64,000 bases of DNA. Origin: Candidatus Nomurabacteria bacterium (GTDB lineage: Bacteria; Patescibacteriota; Minisyncoccia; Phycocordibacterales; UBA9973). The stretch is from contig CAWJHU010000001.1 in the NCBI GenBank assembly GCA_963842815.1, positions 264,708-328,707 of the forward strand. The letters are read 5' to 3'. The notes beneath the pieces were generated by a model that saw only the letters and a program-made list of their open reading frames with translations, searched no databases and was not told the origin of the DNA. Made by a program: the position numbers and the translations under genes. Of this stretch, positions 29,486-37,327 are shown piece after piece; position 1 is the stretch's first letter, and each line of letters begins with the position of its first letter.

Positions 29486-30220
29486 ATGAAAAGATTTCCT
29501 TTTCTTTTATTTTTCTTGCAGATTTTTGCGTTTTTTGTTGGGGTCCGCGTGAGCTCGGCTTTTGATATTCCAAATAAACCGCAGAGTTTTGTAAATGATT
29601 ACACCAATACTCTTTCCGCGGAAGACAAAAATTCTCTGGAAAATAAAATTTCAAATTTTGAAAAACAAACTAGCGATGAAATTGCCGTAGTCATAGTTCC
29701 TTCTTTGGACGGAGACACGGTTGAAAATGTCGCTCAAAATATTTTTACGAAGTGGAGCATAGGCAAAAAAGATAAAAATAACGGAGTGTTGCTTTTGGTG
29801 GCTATGGCGGAACACAAAACTCGCATTCACACTGGTTACGGAGTGGAAGGGGATTTGACCGACCTTGCCACTTCTTATATTCAAAGTGAAATTATTACTC
29901 CCGCCTTTCAAGCAGGAGACTATTACTCCGGAATCAACGGAGCAGTAGATAAAATAATTGAAACTCTCAATGGAAATAATATCGTGCCGGAGAACTATAC
30001 TCCGCAAAAAGAAATAAATATAAATTGGTGGAAAATAACTGCTTTTTTAATATTTTTTATTGTTATGGCAATCTTAAATAGAAAATCCAAATCAAAATGG
30101 TGGTGGATATTTTTAGGGCGTGGCGGTGGCGGAGGATTTGGTGGCGGTTCCGGAAGTGGTGGTTTTGGAGGATTTGGTGGCGGTGGTTCCGGTGGCGGTG
30201 GTTCGTCCGGTTCCTGGTAA
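29486..30220 (+). CDS. TPM-domain (TLP18.3/Psb32/MOLO-1 family) protein with TM helix and C-terminal Gly-rich tail
   Basis: FVNDYTNTLSAEDKNSLENKISNFEKQTSDEIAVV...GVLLLVAMAEHKTRIHTGYG; C-terminal GRGGGGGFGGGSGSGGFGGFGGGGSGGGGSSGSW. The LemA-TPM gene pair is a conserved arrangement. Confidence 0.75.
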   Translation: MKRFPFLLFFLQIFAFFVGVRVSSAFDIPNKPQSFVNDYTNTLSAEDKNSLENKISNFEKQTSDEIAVVIVPSLDGDTVENVAQNIFTKWSIGKKDKNNGVLLLVAMAEHKTRIHTGYGVEGDLTDLATSYIQSEIITPAFQAGDYYSGINGAVDKIIETLNGNNIVPENYTPQKEININWWKITAFLIFFIVMAILNRKSKSKWWWIFLGRGGGGGFGGGSGSGGFGGFGGGGSGGGGSSGSW

Positions 30221-30259
30221 AGTTTCTATTTTCTCCTTTATTTTGTTATACTTTAACCA

Positions 30260-30768
30260 TGCAGGATAAATTTTTCGGTTCAAAATTAAACAGCGTTTTG
30301 CTTCTAATTCTCATTATTTTAGTGGCTGGGGCCATATATATTATGCTTCAAAATAAAGAAACATACCTGAATATTTTTGGTATTTCCCCTGACCCTGGGT
30401 CAGGGGAACAAGAGCCGGTGCAGAACAAAGATGGAATTTTAGGGAACAAGGATGATTTAATTTCTTTTTCCATTTCACCTTACACTAAAGTTCATGGAAT
30501 TTTGTCCTATAGGGGAGTGATTCAAGGCGGATATTTTTTTGAAGGCAATATTTTGATAAACATTCTTGATGCTAAAAAAAATATTTTAAAGAAAAGCAAT
30601 GCAGTTGCTAAGACAGAATGGACGACATCAGGATCAGTCAATTTCGAAGGAAATGTTGATTTTACCGGACTTCCAAAAGGTTCTGCTTATTTTGAAATCC
30701 ATAACGACAACGCTTCCGGCCTTCCGAAAAATGATAAATCCATTTTAATCCCAATTATTATTGAATAA
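30260..30768 (+). CDS. hypothetical membrane-anchored protein carrying an in-frame REP-B palindrome
   Basis: Preferred start MQDKFFGSKL at 30260; the track ORF 30097..30768 begins inside the upstream gene. N-terminal TM; ISPDPGSGE is encoded by the palindrome at 30386-30406. Confidence 0.45.
30386..30406. repeat. REP-B palindrome copy in-frame in CDS
   Basis: cccctgaccctgggtcagggg. Confidence 0.7.
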
Positions 30769-30776
30769 GAAATACC

Positions 30777-31049
30777 ATGGAAATTAAAGACATAGAAAAT
30801 CTGGCGGAACTGGCAAAAATTGAATTATCCGATAAAGAAAAAGAAACTTTCCTGAAAGATTTGGATGGTATTTTGGATTATGTTAAACAGGTAAGTGGGG
30901 TAAAAGTGAAAGATTCTGAGGTAAAATACAAAAATAAAAATGTTTGGCGGGAGGATGAGTTAAAATCTCCTGTTTTTTCTTCTGATTTGATAATTAAACA
31001 ATTTCCGGATTCGCAGGATGGATTTTTAAAAGTGAAGAAGATTTTATGA
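30777..31049 (+). CDS. gatC: Asp-tRNA(Asn)/Glu-tRNA(Gln) amidotransferase subunit C
   Basis: 90 aa with typical GatC N-terminus MEIKDIENLAELAKIELSDKEKETFLKDLDGILDYVKQV; overlaps gatA start by 4 nt. Confidence 0.75.
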   Translation: MEIKDIENLAELAKIELSDKEKETFLKDLDGILDYVKQVSGVKVKDSEVKYKNKNVWREDELKSPVFSSDLIIKQFPDSQDGFLKVKKIL

Positions 31050-32509
31050 TAGATATAAAAAATCTGACAATAGAAAAAGCCGGAGAAATGCTGAAAAAAG
31101 GAGAATTAACTTCGGTGGATTTAGTGTCGGCCTGTTTGAAAAATATAGAAGAAAAAAATAAGGAACTGAATATTTTTTTGGAAGTATTCAGCGATGCTTT
31201 AGAACAGGCTAAAAAGGCGGATGAAATAATAAAGTCGGGCAAAGGAACAAAACTCACAGGCATACCTCTTGCCATTAAAGACAATATTTTAATAACCGGA
31301 CGCAAGGTGAGTTCCGGTTCCAAAATGCTGGAAAATTATGTGGGAAGTTATGATGCTTTTGTCATTAAGAAACTAAAAGAAGCAGGGGCAATTTTTATGG
31401 GCAGAACCAATATGGATGAATTTGCCATGGGCTCTTCTACGGAAAATTCCGCCTATGGGCCGACCAAAAATCCGCTTGACCCATCTCGAGTTCCGGGCGG
31501 TTCTTCCGGTGGTTCGGCTGCAGCCGTGGCTTCCGGTATGGTCCTAGGAGCCTTGGGCTCCGACACAGGGGGTTCTATTCGCCAACCGGCATCTTTTTGC
31601 GGGATAGTGGGAATGAAGCCTACCTATGGCGCAGTTTCGCGTTCCGGGCTTACGGCCATGTCTTCTTCGCTTGACCAAATAGGTCCTTTTGCCAAAACTT
31701 CCGAGGACGCAAAAATAATTTTTGATTGTATAGCGGGATATGACGAGATGGATTCCACTTCTCTCAATATAGACTTCGCCAGCCGAAGCATTTCTTCAGG
31801 TCCTCGGATCTCCGGGGCCCCAACCCCGGCCAGACCATTCAGAAATGCTTCGGCTGGCTGTGTCATCGGCATTCCCCGAGACTTTTTGAAAGAAGGAGTT
31901 GATGTCGAAGTTTTGAAAAATTTTGAAGAAACAGTAGAAAAATTAAAAAATAAAGGATACAAAATAAAAGATGTTGCAATGCCGTATTTAAAATATTCTT
32001 TGCCGGTTTATTACATCATCATGCCGGCGGAAGTTTCCACCAATCTCTCGCGTTTAGATGGAGTTCGCTATGGACTTCGAAAGGAAGGAGAAAATATTTT
32101 TGACAGCTATAAAAAAAGCAGGTCGGCTGGGTTCGGCTCTGAAACAAAAAGAAGAATTATTCTAGGCACCTATGTTTTGTCTCACGGATATTATGATGCC
32201 TATTACAATAAAGCTTGGGAAGTCCGTCGAGCCATCATGAAAGAATACGAAAATGTCTTTAGAGAAGTAGATTTTGTAATGACTCCTACGGCACCTACTA
32301 GCGCATTTAAATTTGGCGAGAAAAAAGACCCTTTGCAAATGTATTTGGAAGATATTTTTACCGTGTCAGCCAATTTAACCGGCCTGCCTTCTATTTCTAT
32401 TCCTTCAGGATTTTCTTCTTCAAAATTGCCATTCGGCATAGAATTTACCGGACCTCTTTATTCCGATGCGTCCTTGTTTGCCATTGAAAAAGATTTAAGA
32501 GATAATTAA
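31046..32509 (+). CDS. gatA: Asp-tRNA(Asn)/Glu-tRNA(Gln) amidotransferase subunit A (amidase signature family)
   Basis: IPLAIKDNI, GGSSGGSAAAVASG amidase signature, catalytic Ser region SIRQPASFCGIVGMKPTYG. Confidence 0.85.
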   Translation: MIDIKNLTIEKAGEMLKKGELTSVDLVSACLKNIEEKNKELNIFLEVFSDALEQAKKADEIIKSGKGTKLTGIPLAIKDNILITGRKVSSGSKMLENYVGSYDAFVIKKLKEAGAIFMGRTNMDEFAMGSSTENSAYGPTKNPLDPSRVPGGSSGGSAAAVASGMVLGALGSDTGGSIRQPASFCGIVGMKPTYGAVSRSGLTAMSSSLDQIGPFAKTSEDAKIIFDCIAGYDEMDSTSLNIDFASRSISSGPRISGAPTPARPFRNASAGCVIGIPRDFLKEGVDVEVLKNFEETVEKLKNKGYKIKDVAMPYLKYSLPVYYIIMPAEVSTNLSRLDGVRYGLRKEGENIFDSYKKSRSAGFGSETKRRIILGTYVLSHGYYDAYYNKAWEVRRAIMKEYENVFREVDFVMTPTAPTSAFKFGEKKDPLQMYLEDIFTVSANLTGLPSISIPSGFSSSKLPFGIEFTGPLYSDASLFAIEKDLRDN

Positions 32510-32513
32510 GCAT

Positions 32514-33152
32514 ATGTATAACACAGCAGATACCTTTAATAATACCAACCCTCTCATCCAAAATTCTTTTCTTGGTTCCAAATATTTTAATCCGGACTAT
32601 TTGTTCAATCAGGGAGTTAATTTTTTAAGCCATACTTTTACCGCAACAACGTTGGAGGTTTTTTATATCATACTTTCCGTCCTGGCTATATTTTTTATTG
32701 GCGTTATTGTTTATTCCACAATTAGAATGTTTGAAATTAGAGAGAAAGAAGAACAAGTTCACTTGCATCATGAAATTGAAGAATATGCGCACAAGCAAGC
32801 TGAAAAAGAAAAGGAAGCGCAGGGGGCAGGGGTGTTTAAAAACGAGCGATGGAAAAAAGTTTTGGATTATCTTTTTTCCGCAAGTGAAAATGATTGGAAA
32901 CTCGCGGTCATTGAAGCGGATTCCATGCTTTTTGACCTGCTCACTCAACTGGGATTCAAGGGAGAGACCCTGGGAGACAGATTGAAAGAAGCCAATCAGA
33001 ACAATTTTCGCAGTATCAGTTCTGCCTGGGAGGCGCACAATGTAAGAAATAGAATAGCTCACGAAGGCGTCTCTTTTGAACTTTCTCTGCGCGAAGCAAA
33101 AAGAGTAATTGCCCTATATGAGCAGATTTTTCAAGAATTCGGGTATATTTAA
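32514..33152 (+). CDS. membrane-anchored hypothetical protein with C-terminal HEPN-like helical domain (Rx4H motif RNRIAH)
   Basis: TM helix FYIILSVLAIFFIGVIVYSTI; C-terminal KLAVIEADSMLFDLLTQLG...AWEAHNVRNRIAHEG...REAKRVIALYEQIF resembles HEPN/DUF4145-type domains. Confidence 0.4.
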   Translation: MYNTADTFNNTNPLIQNSFLGSKYFNPDYLFNQGVNFLSHTFTATTLEVFYIILSVLAIFFIGVIVYSTIRMFEIREKEEQVHLHHEIEEYAHKQAEKEKEAQGAGVFKNERWKKVLDYLFSASENDWKLAVIEADSMLFDLLTQLGFKGETLGDRLKEANQNNFRSISSAWEAHNVRNRIAHEGVSFELSLREAKRVIALYEQIFQEFGYI

Positions 33153-33226
33153 AAAATAAAAGCCGGTTTACTTTTTCAATAATTTGAGATAGAATAAAAA
33201 GTGCCTTTTAAGGGCATTTTATTTAT

Positions 33227-33297
33227 AGCGGGGTAGAGAAGAGGTATCTCGTAAGGCTCATAACCTTAAGACTCTGGTTCGATTCCAGACCCCGCAA
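33227..33297 (+). tRNA. tRNA-Met (anticodon CAT), initiator-like (A1.A72 mismatch; close overall resemblance to bacterial tRNA-fMet)
   Basis: AGCGGGG...GTAAGG-CTCATAA-CCTTAAG...CTGGTTCGATTCCAGACCCCGCAA gives anticodon loop CTCATAA and an unpaired 1:72 position. Confidence 0.55.
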
Positions 33298-33348
33298 CAA
33301 TCCGGCCAAGTGACATGGCAAAATCACTATTGTCGGAATAATCAAACT

Positions 33349-33421
33349 GTCGGGGTAGCTCAGTTGGTAGAGCACAGGACTCATAAGCCTGGGGTCGTGG
33401 GTTCGATCCCCACCTCCGACA
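33349..33421 (+). tRNA. tRNA-Met (anticodon CAT; elongator Met or lysidine-modified Ile2 cannot be distinguished)
   Basis: GTCGGGGTAGCTCAGTTGGTAGAGCACAGGACTCATAAGCCTGGGGTCGTGGGTTCGATCCCCACCTCCGACA folds into a cloverleaf with a 7-bp acceptor stem and anticodon loop CTCATAA. Confidence 0.6.
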
Positions 33422-33440
33422 CCCTCAAAAAGAGGAAATT

Positions 33441-33514
33441 GCGATCGTAGCTCAACTGGTTAGAGCACCCGCCTGTCACGCGGGAGGTTGCCGGTTCAAA
33501 TCCGGTCGGTCGCG
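33441..33514 (+). tRNA. tRNA-Asp (anticodon GTC)
   Basis: GCGATCGTAGCTCAACTGGTTAGAGCACCCGCCTGTCACGCGGGAGGTTGCCGGTTCAAATCCGGTCGGTCGCG has anticodon stem CCCGC/GCGGG and loop CTGTCAC. Confidence 0.7.
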
Positions 33515-33541
33515 CCCTGAACCATATGCTATAATAAAAAT

Positions 33542-33781
33542 ATGAAAATCCAAGTGTTAGGTTCTGGTTGCAATACCTGTAAAAAACTATATGAAATAAC
33601 TCAAAAAGCTATAGCTGAATTGGATTTAAATGAGAACGTTGAATATATTACTGATGTTCAAAGGATAGTAGCTATGGGTTTAATGCAAAGCCCTGTTTTG
33701 GCTATAAATGATAAACCAGCTTTAGTTGGTTTTACTTCTGATTTAGAAAAAATAAAAAAATTAATTCAAGAGAACATGTAA
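33542..33781 (+). CDS. thioredoxin-fold CxxC protein (MTH895/TM0996-like redox-active disulfide protein family)
   Basis: 79 aa, MKIQVLGSGCNTCKKLYEITQKAIAEL...VAMGLMQSPVLAINDKPALVGF. These small proteins are typically encoded next to YraQ/ArsP-type permeases. Confidence 0.55.
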   Translation: MKIQVLGSGCNTCKKLYEITQKAIAELDLNENVEYITDVQRIVAMGLMQSPVLAINDKPALVGFTSDLEKIKKLIQENM

Positions 33782-33783
33782 TT

Positions 33784-34750
33784 ATGGATATTTTTTACCC
33801 CATACAATTGCTTGCTGACTGGCTTACTTATTCTATTTTTAATATTGTTCCAAAAACTCTTCTGGCCAGCGCTGTGAATTTTTTCATCTTTGACACAATC
33901 AAAATATTTCTCTTGTTATCGGTAATTATTTTTACTGTTTCAATAATCAGATCATATCTTCCACCAGAGAAAATACGAGCCATCTCTGTCTCATAAAAAC
34001 AAATATGTAGGCAATATTCTGGCTTCGCTGTTGGGAATTATTACTCCTTTTTGTTCCTGTTCTGCTATTCCTTTATTTCTAGGATTTATTCAAGCAGGCG
34101 TTCCGCTTGGGACGACTTTTTCTTTTCTTGTAGCCTCGCCAATGATCAACGAAGTAGCATTAGTGTTGCTTTTAGGATTATTTGGCTGGAAGATTGTCCT
34201 TATCTACATCATAAGCGGATTTAATTATTTCTATTTTGTCGGGGATAGTTATAGGCAAATTAAAAGTGGAAAATTTAGTTGAACCATTTGTCTATCAAAA
34301 TTCAGTAAACGGCAATATTGATTTACCAAATATGTCTCGTCAAGAAAGAATCACTTATGCCAAAGATTACACATAAGATATTATTAAAAAAGTTTGGCTT
34401 ACATCCTAATCGGTATTGGAGTTGGTGCTTGGATACACGGTTATATTCCGGCTGATTTTTTGGCTCAATATGCAGGAAGTGGCAAATGGTATGCCGTACC
34501 TCTGGCTGTACTTATAGGCATTCCTCTATATTCAAACGCTGCTGGAATTATCCCCCTTGTGTCTGCTTTGACTGAGAAAGGAGTATCCATGGGTACCACG
34601 CTTGCTTTTATGATGTCCGTCACCGCTTTGTCTCTGCCAGAATTTATGATTTTGAAAAAGGTGATGAAAATTAAATTAATTTTCATTTTCGCTGGAATAG
34701 TGGCCTTTGGTATTATTTTTACCGGGTATCTCTTTAATTTAGTTTTATAA
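33784..34750 (+). pseudogene. YraQ/UPF0718 (ArsP-like) permease, disrupted into at least 3 reading-frame fragments
   Basis: Fragments 33784..33996, 34031..34282 and 34394..34750 together span the family (..PPEKIR.., GIITPFCSCSAIPLFLGFIQAGVPLGTTFSFLVASPMINEV, then AVPLAVLIGIPLYSNAAGIIPLVSALTEKGVSMGTTLAFMMSVTALSLPEFMILKKV). They are separated by a frameshift near 33990-34030 and a stop-containing gap at 34283-34393. Confidence 0.5.
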
Positions 34751-34796
34751 CTATACTTCATGAAGATTTCATTCGTAGTATAATACTATATAAAGT

Positions 34797-35465
34797 ATGA
34801 AAATATTAGTAGTTGAAGACAATAAAAAACTGGCGGAAAATTTAAAACAGGGATTAATGCAGGAAGGCTACGCCGTGGATGTGATTGAAGAAGGGATGGC
34901 TGCCGAACGCCGTATTTTAATTAATCGGGACGAATATGATTTGGTAATTTTAGACAGAATGCTTCCGGGCAAGGATGGCGTATCTGTCTGCACTTTTTGG
35001 CGAGAGAACGGGGTGGTGGTTCCAATTTTAATGCTTACTGCCTTGAATACCACGGACGACAAAATTGTGGGCTTAGACGCAGGAGCAGATGATTATCTGG
35101 CCAAGCCCTTTGCTTTCAAAGAACTTCTGGCCCGCATTCATGCGCTATTGCGACGCCCAAAACAATCTTTTCCTGATATACTTAATTTTGAAGATATCAG
35201 TGTAAATACCACAAGCAGAATAGTAACCCACAAAAATAAGCCCATTTCTCTTACTCTGAAAGAATTTATGGTCCTTGAATATCTGATGCGCAATGAAAAC
35301 AAAGTGGTTACCCGGGACGAACTCTATTCTCACGCCTGGGATTTCGCGGATTCATCTTTTAGCAATACGGTGGACGTGCATATAAAAAATCTGAGAAAAA
35401 AAATTCACGACAATGCAAAAATTATACAAACAATTCGCGGGGTGGGCTACAAGATGGGAAATTAA
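34797..35465 (+). CDS. OmpR-family two-component response regulator (receiver + winged-helix)
   Basis: MKILVVEDNKKLAENLKQGL...DLVILDRMLPGKDG phospho-acceptor region; C-terminal ...VDVHIKNLRKKI...IQTIRGVGYKM. Confidence 0.85.
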   Translation: MKILVVEDNKKLAENLKQGLMQEGYAVDVIEEGMAAERRILINRDEYDLVILDRMLPGKDGVSVCTFWRENGVVVPILMLTALNTTDDKIVGLDAGADDYLAKPFAFKELLARIHALLRRPKQSFPDILNFEDISVNTTSRIVTHKNKPISLTLKEFMVLEYLMRNENKVVTRDELYSHAWDFADSSFSNTVDVHIKNLRKKIHDNAKIIQTIRGVGYKMGN

Positions 35466-36435
35466 TAATAGGATTGACGAGTTTTTTACTGCGCGACTGG
35501 GACTCACGCTTTATTATTTGATTACCGCCATAATAATTTTAGGCGGTTCGAGCGTCATTACCTATAATGCCATTCTTTCTAATTTTACCGAATCAATTTT
35601 GGAAAGGGGATTTGACCCGTATATTTTTCAAGCCATCATCGCCGATGCCAGGGCTATTTTGTTGGACCGTTTTATAACCATAGATACCATAATCATCCTG
35701 CTTACCGTGGTGGCAGCCTTTTTGCTTACCAGCAGAACGCTTAAACCCATTAAATCCAATATGGATAAACAAAAAAGATTCATTGCCGATGCTTCCCACG
35801 AACTGCGCACTCCCACAGCGGTAGTTATTTCCGGATTGGAAGTTGCCCTGAGCAATAAAAAATTGGATTTTCCTACGGCTAAAAAAACGCTGGAAAATAC
35901 CCTGGAAGAAATGAGAGAATTTTCAAAACTGAGCAATTATTTGTTGGACATATCAAAAAACGATGCCCGGGTTAAAATAGAATATGAGCTAGTTCATATC
36001 AATGAACTAATAAAATCCATTATAGAAAAAAGCAAAAATCTAGCCAAACTCAAAGAAATAAATATTGAAGCAAAAATAGAATCGCCAGCAACTGTTTATG
36101 GAAATAAAATTGAACTGAGCCGAGTATTTTATAATATTCTGGACAATGCCATTAAATATACTTCTCCCAGGGGAACAATAACCATTTCGGATAAAATTTC
36201 CCTGAATAAATATATACTAACTGTCAGCGATAATGGCAACGGCATCCCCAAAGATATTATTGGCAAAATATTTGAACCATTTTTCCGCGGAGAAGCGTCC
36301 CGAAGCATGGAAGGAGCGGGTCTGGGACTTACTTTGTCAAAAAAAATTATTGAAAATCATAAAGGAACAATTTCCATAAAAAGCGAAGAAAATAAAGGAA
36401 CCAATGTGATAATTTCTCTGCCGATTCATTCATAG
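35413..36435 (+). CDS. sensor histidine kinase (HisKA + HATPase_c), partner of the preceding regulator
   Basis: Two N-terminal TM helices; H-box FIADASHELRTP; N-box ILDNAIKYT; G1 DNGNGIP; G2 GAGLGLTLSKKIIENHKG. Start at 35413 overlaps the regulator gene by 53 nt. Confidence 0.85.
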   Translation: MQKLYKQFAGWATRWEINNRIDEFFTARLGLTLYYLITAIIILGGSSVITYNAILSNFTESILERGFDPYIFQAIIADARAILLDRFITIDTIIILLTVVAAFLLTSRTLKPIKSNMDKQKRFIADASHELRTPTAVVISGLEVALSNKKLDFPTAKKTLENTLEEMREFSKLSNYLLDISKNDARVKIEYELVHINELIKSIIEKSKNLAKLKEINIEAKIESPATVYGNKIELSRVFYNILDNAIKYTSPRGTITISDKISLNKYILTVSDNGNGIPKDIIGKIFEPFFRGEASRSMEGAGLGLTLSKKIIENHKGTISIKSEENKGTNVIISLPIHS

Positions 36436-36595
36436 TGATTTCATCTGGCAAACATACAATGTATGCATACACTAGGGTCGGGGTGTACGTTAGCAAGAGA
36501 AAGCAAAATAAAATAAGTTTGTTTTTTATGTAATAAAATCTCTAGCCAAAAACTAGGGATTTTATTATTTTAGGAAGTTGGAGTTGTTGTTGTAA

Positions 36596-37316
36596 CTACG
36601 GAGGCGTTGCCTCCGTAGCCGTCTCCGTGGATGAATTATTCGTCGTTAAAACTTAGCCATTCAAACAGCTCTTTTTTATAATCAGTCAGTTTTTTAAAAT
36701 AAGCGGGAAATTCTGATGGATTTATAATTTTAAATTTTCCATCTTTGTATTCTTCCATGCTTGAATATGGATATTCAAAAACATATTGTAAAAGTTTCGT
36801 TAAAGGTTTGTTTCTTTCTTCTTTCCAATTTTTGTCTATCAATTTAGCGGGATTTAAATGTATATAGGAATATATGTATTTTAAATATCTATCGTTGTTT
36901 ATGTGGATTGATTTAAATACTCCTTCATATAATTTGCCTGTTCGTTCATATTTTTTATTGAAATACATTGAATAACTAGTCATTAATTTATGTATGTATT
37001 TAGAAATTCCATTTTCTGTCTTTTCACGAACAAGAATATGAAAATGATTTGGCATTAAGCAATATGCTCCTATATTAACTATAGTTTTTCCACGATCAAA
37101 ATTTTTGCCAATATTTCTTAACTCTATACTTTTTGTTGTATTACAAATATGCATTAAAAACAAAAAGTGCTCATAATCTTTTTTATCTATAAAAATAACC
37201 CTTTTTTCCGTTCCACGATTATATAAATGATAATACTCGTTTGGAGCGAAAGATTGTTTTCTTAAGGCCATTTGTTGATTATAACAAAAGGGGACTACGG
37301 AGGCAACGCCTCCGTG
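36596..37316 (-). mobile_element. REP-RAYT unit 2: second Y1 (RAYT-like) transposase gene bracketed by REP-C palindromes (ACGGAGGC-GTT/AAC-GCCTCCGT) and by an imperfect ~25-bp direct repeat of the adjacent gene terminus
   Basis: CTACGGAGGCGTTGCCTCCGTAG at 36596-36618 and CTACGGAGGCAACGCCTCCGTG at 37295-37316. ttaggaagttggagttgttgttgtaac (36571-36597) matches ttaagaggtcggagttgttgttgtagt (37325-37351) at 22 of 25 positions. Confidence 0.6.
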
Positions 37317-37322
37317 TCTCAT
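36636..37322 (-). CDS. REP-associated tyrosine transposase (RAYT), IS200/IS605 Y1 family, paralogue of 10106..10810 (likely true start MALRKQ at 37271; the first 17 codons of the track ORF are encoded by the REP-C palindrome)
   Basis: NEYYHLYNRG, HUH motif CLMPNHFHILV, Tyr region YIHLNPAKL; the Tyr-rich C-terminal tail resembles RAYT1. Confidence 0.7.
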   Translation of the reverse strand: MRHGGVASVVPFCYNQQMALRKQSFAPNEYYHLYNRGTEKRVIFIDKKDYEHFLFLMHICNTTKSIELRNIGKNFDRGKTIVNIGAYCLMPNHFHILVREKTENGISKYIHKLMTSYSMYFNKKYERTGKLYEGVFKSIHINNDRYLKYIYSYIHLNPAKLIDKNWKEERNKPLTKLLQYVFEYPYSSMEEYKDGKFKIINPSEFPAYFKKLTDYKKELFEWLSFNDE

Positions 37323-37327
37323 GACTA

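Noticed and set aside
33191-33226. Possible terminator hairpin AGTGCC-TTTTAAG-GGCATT after CDS 32514..33152
   Set aside because: The stem is only 6 bp with a G-U pair and the T-run is interrupted. Too weak to call confidently.
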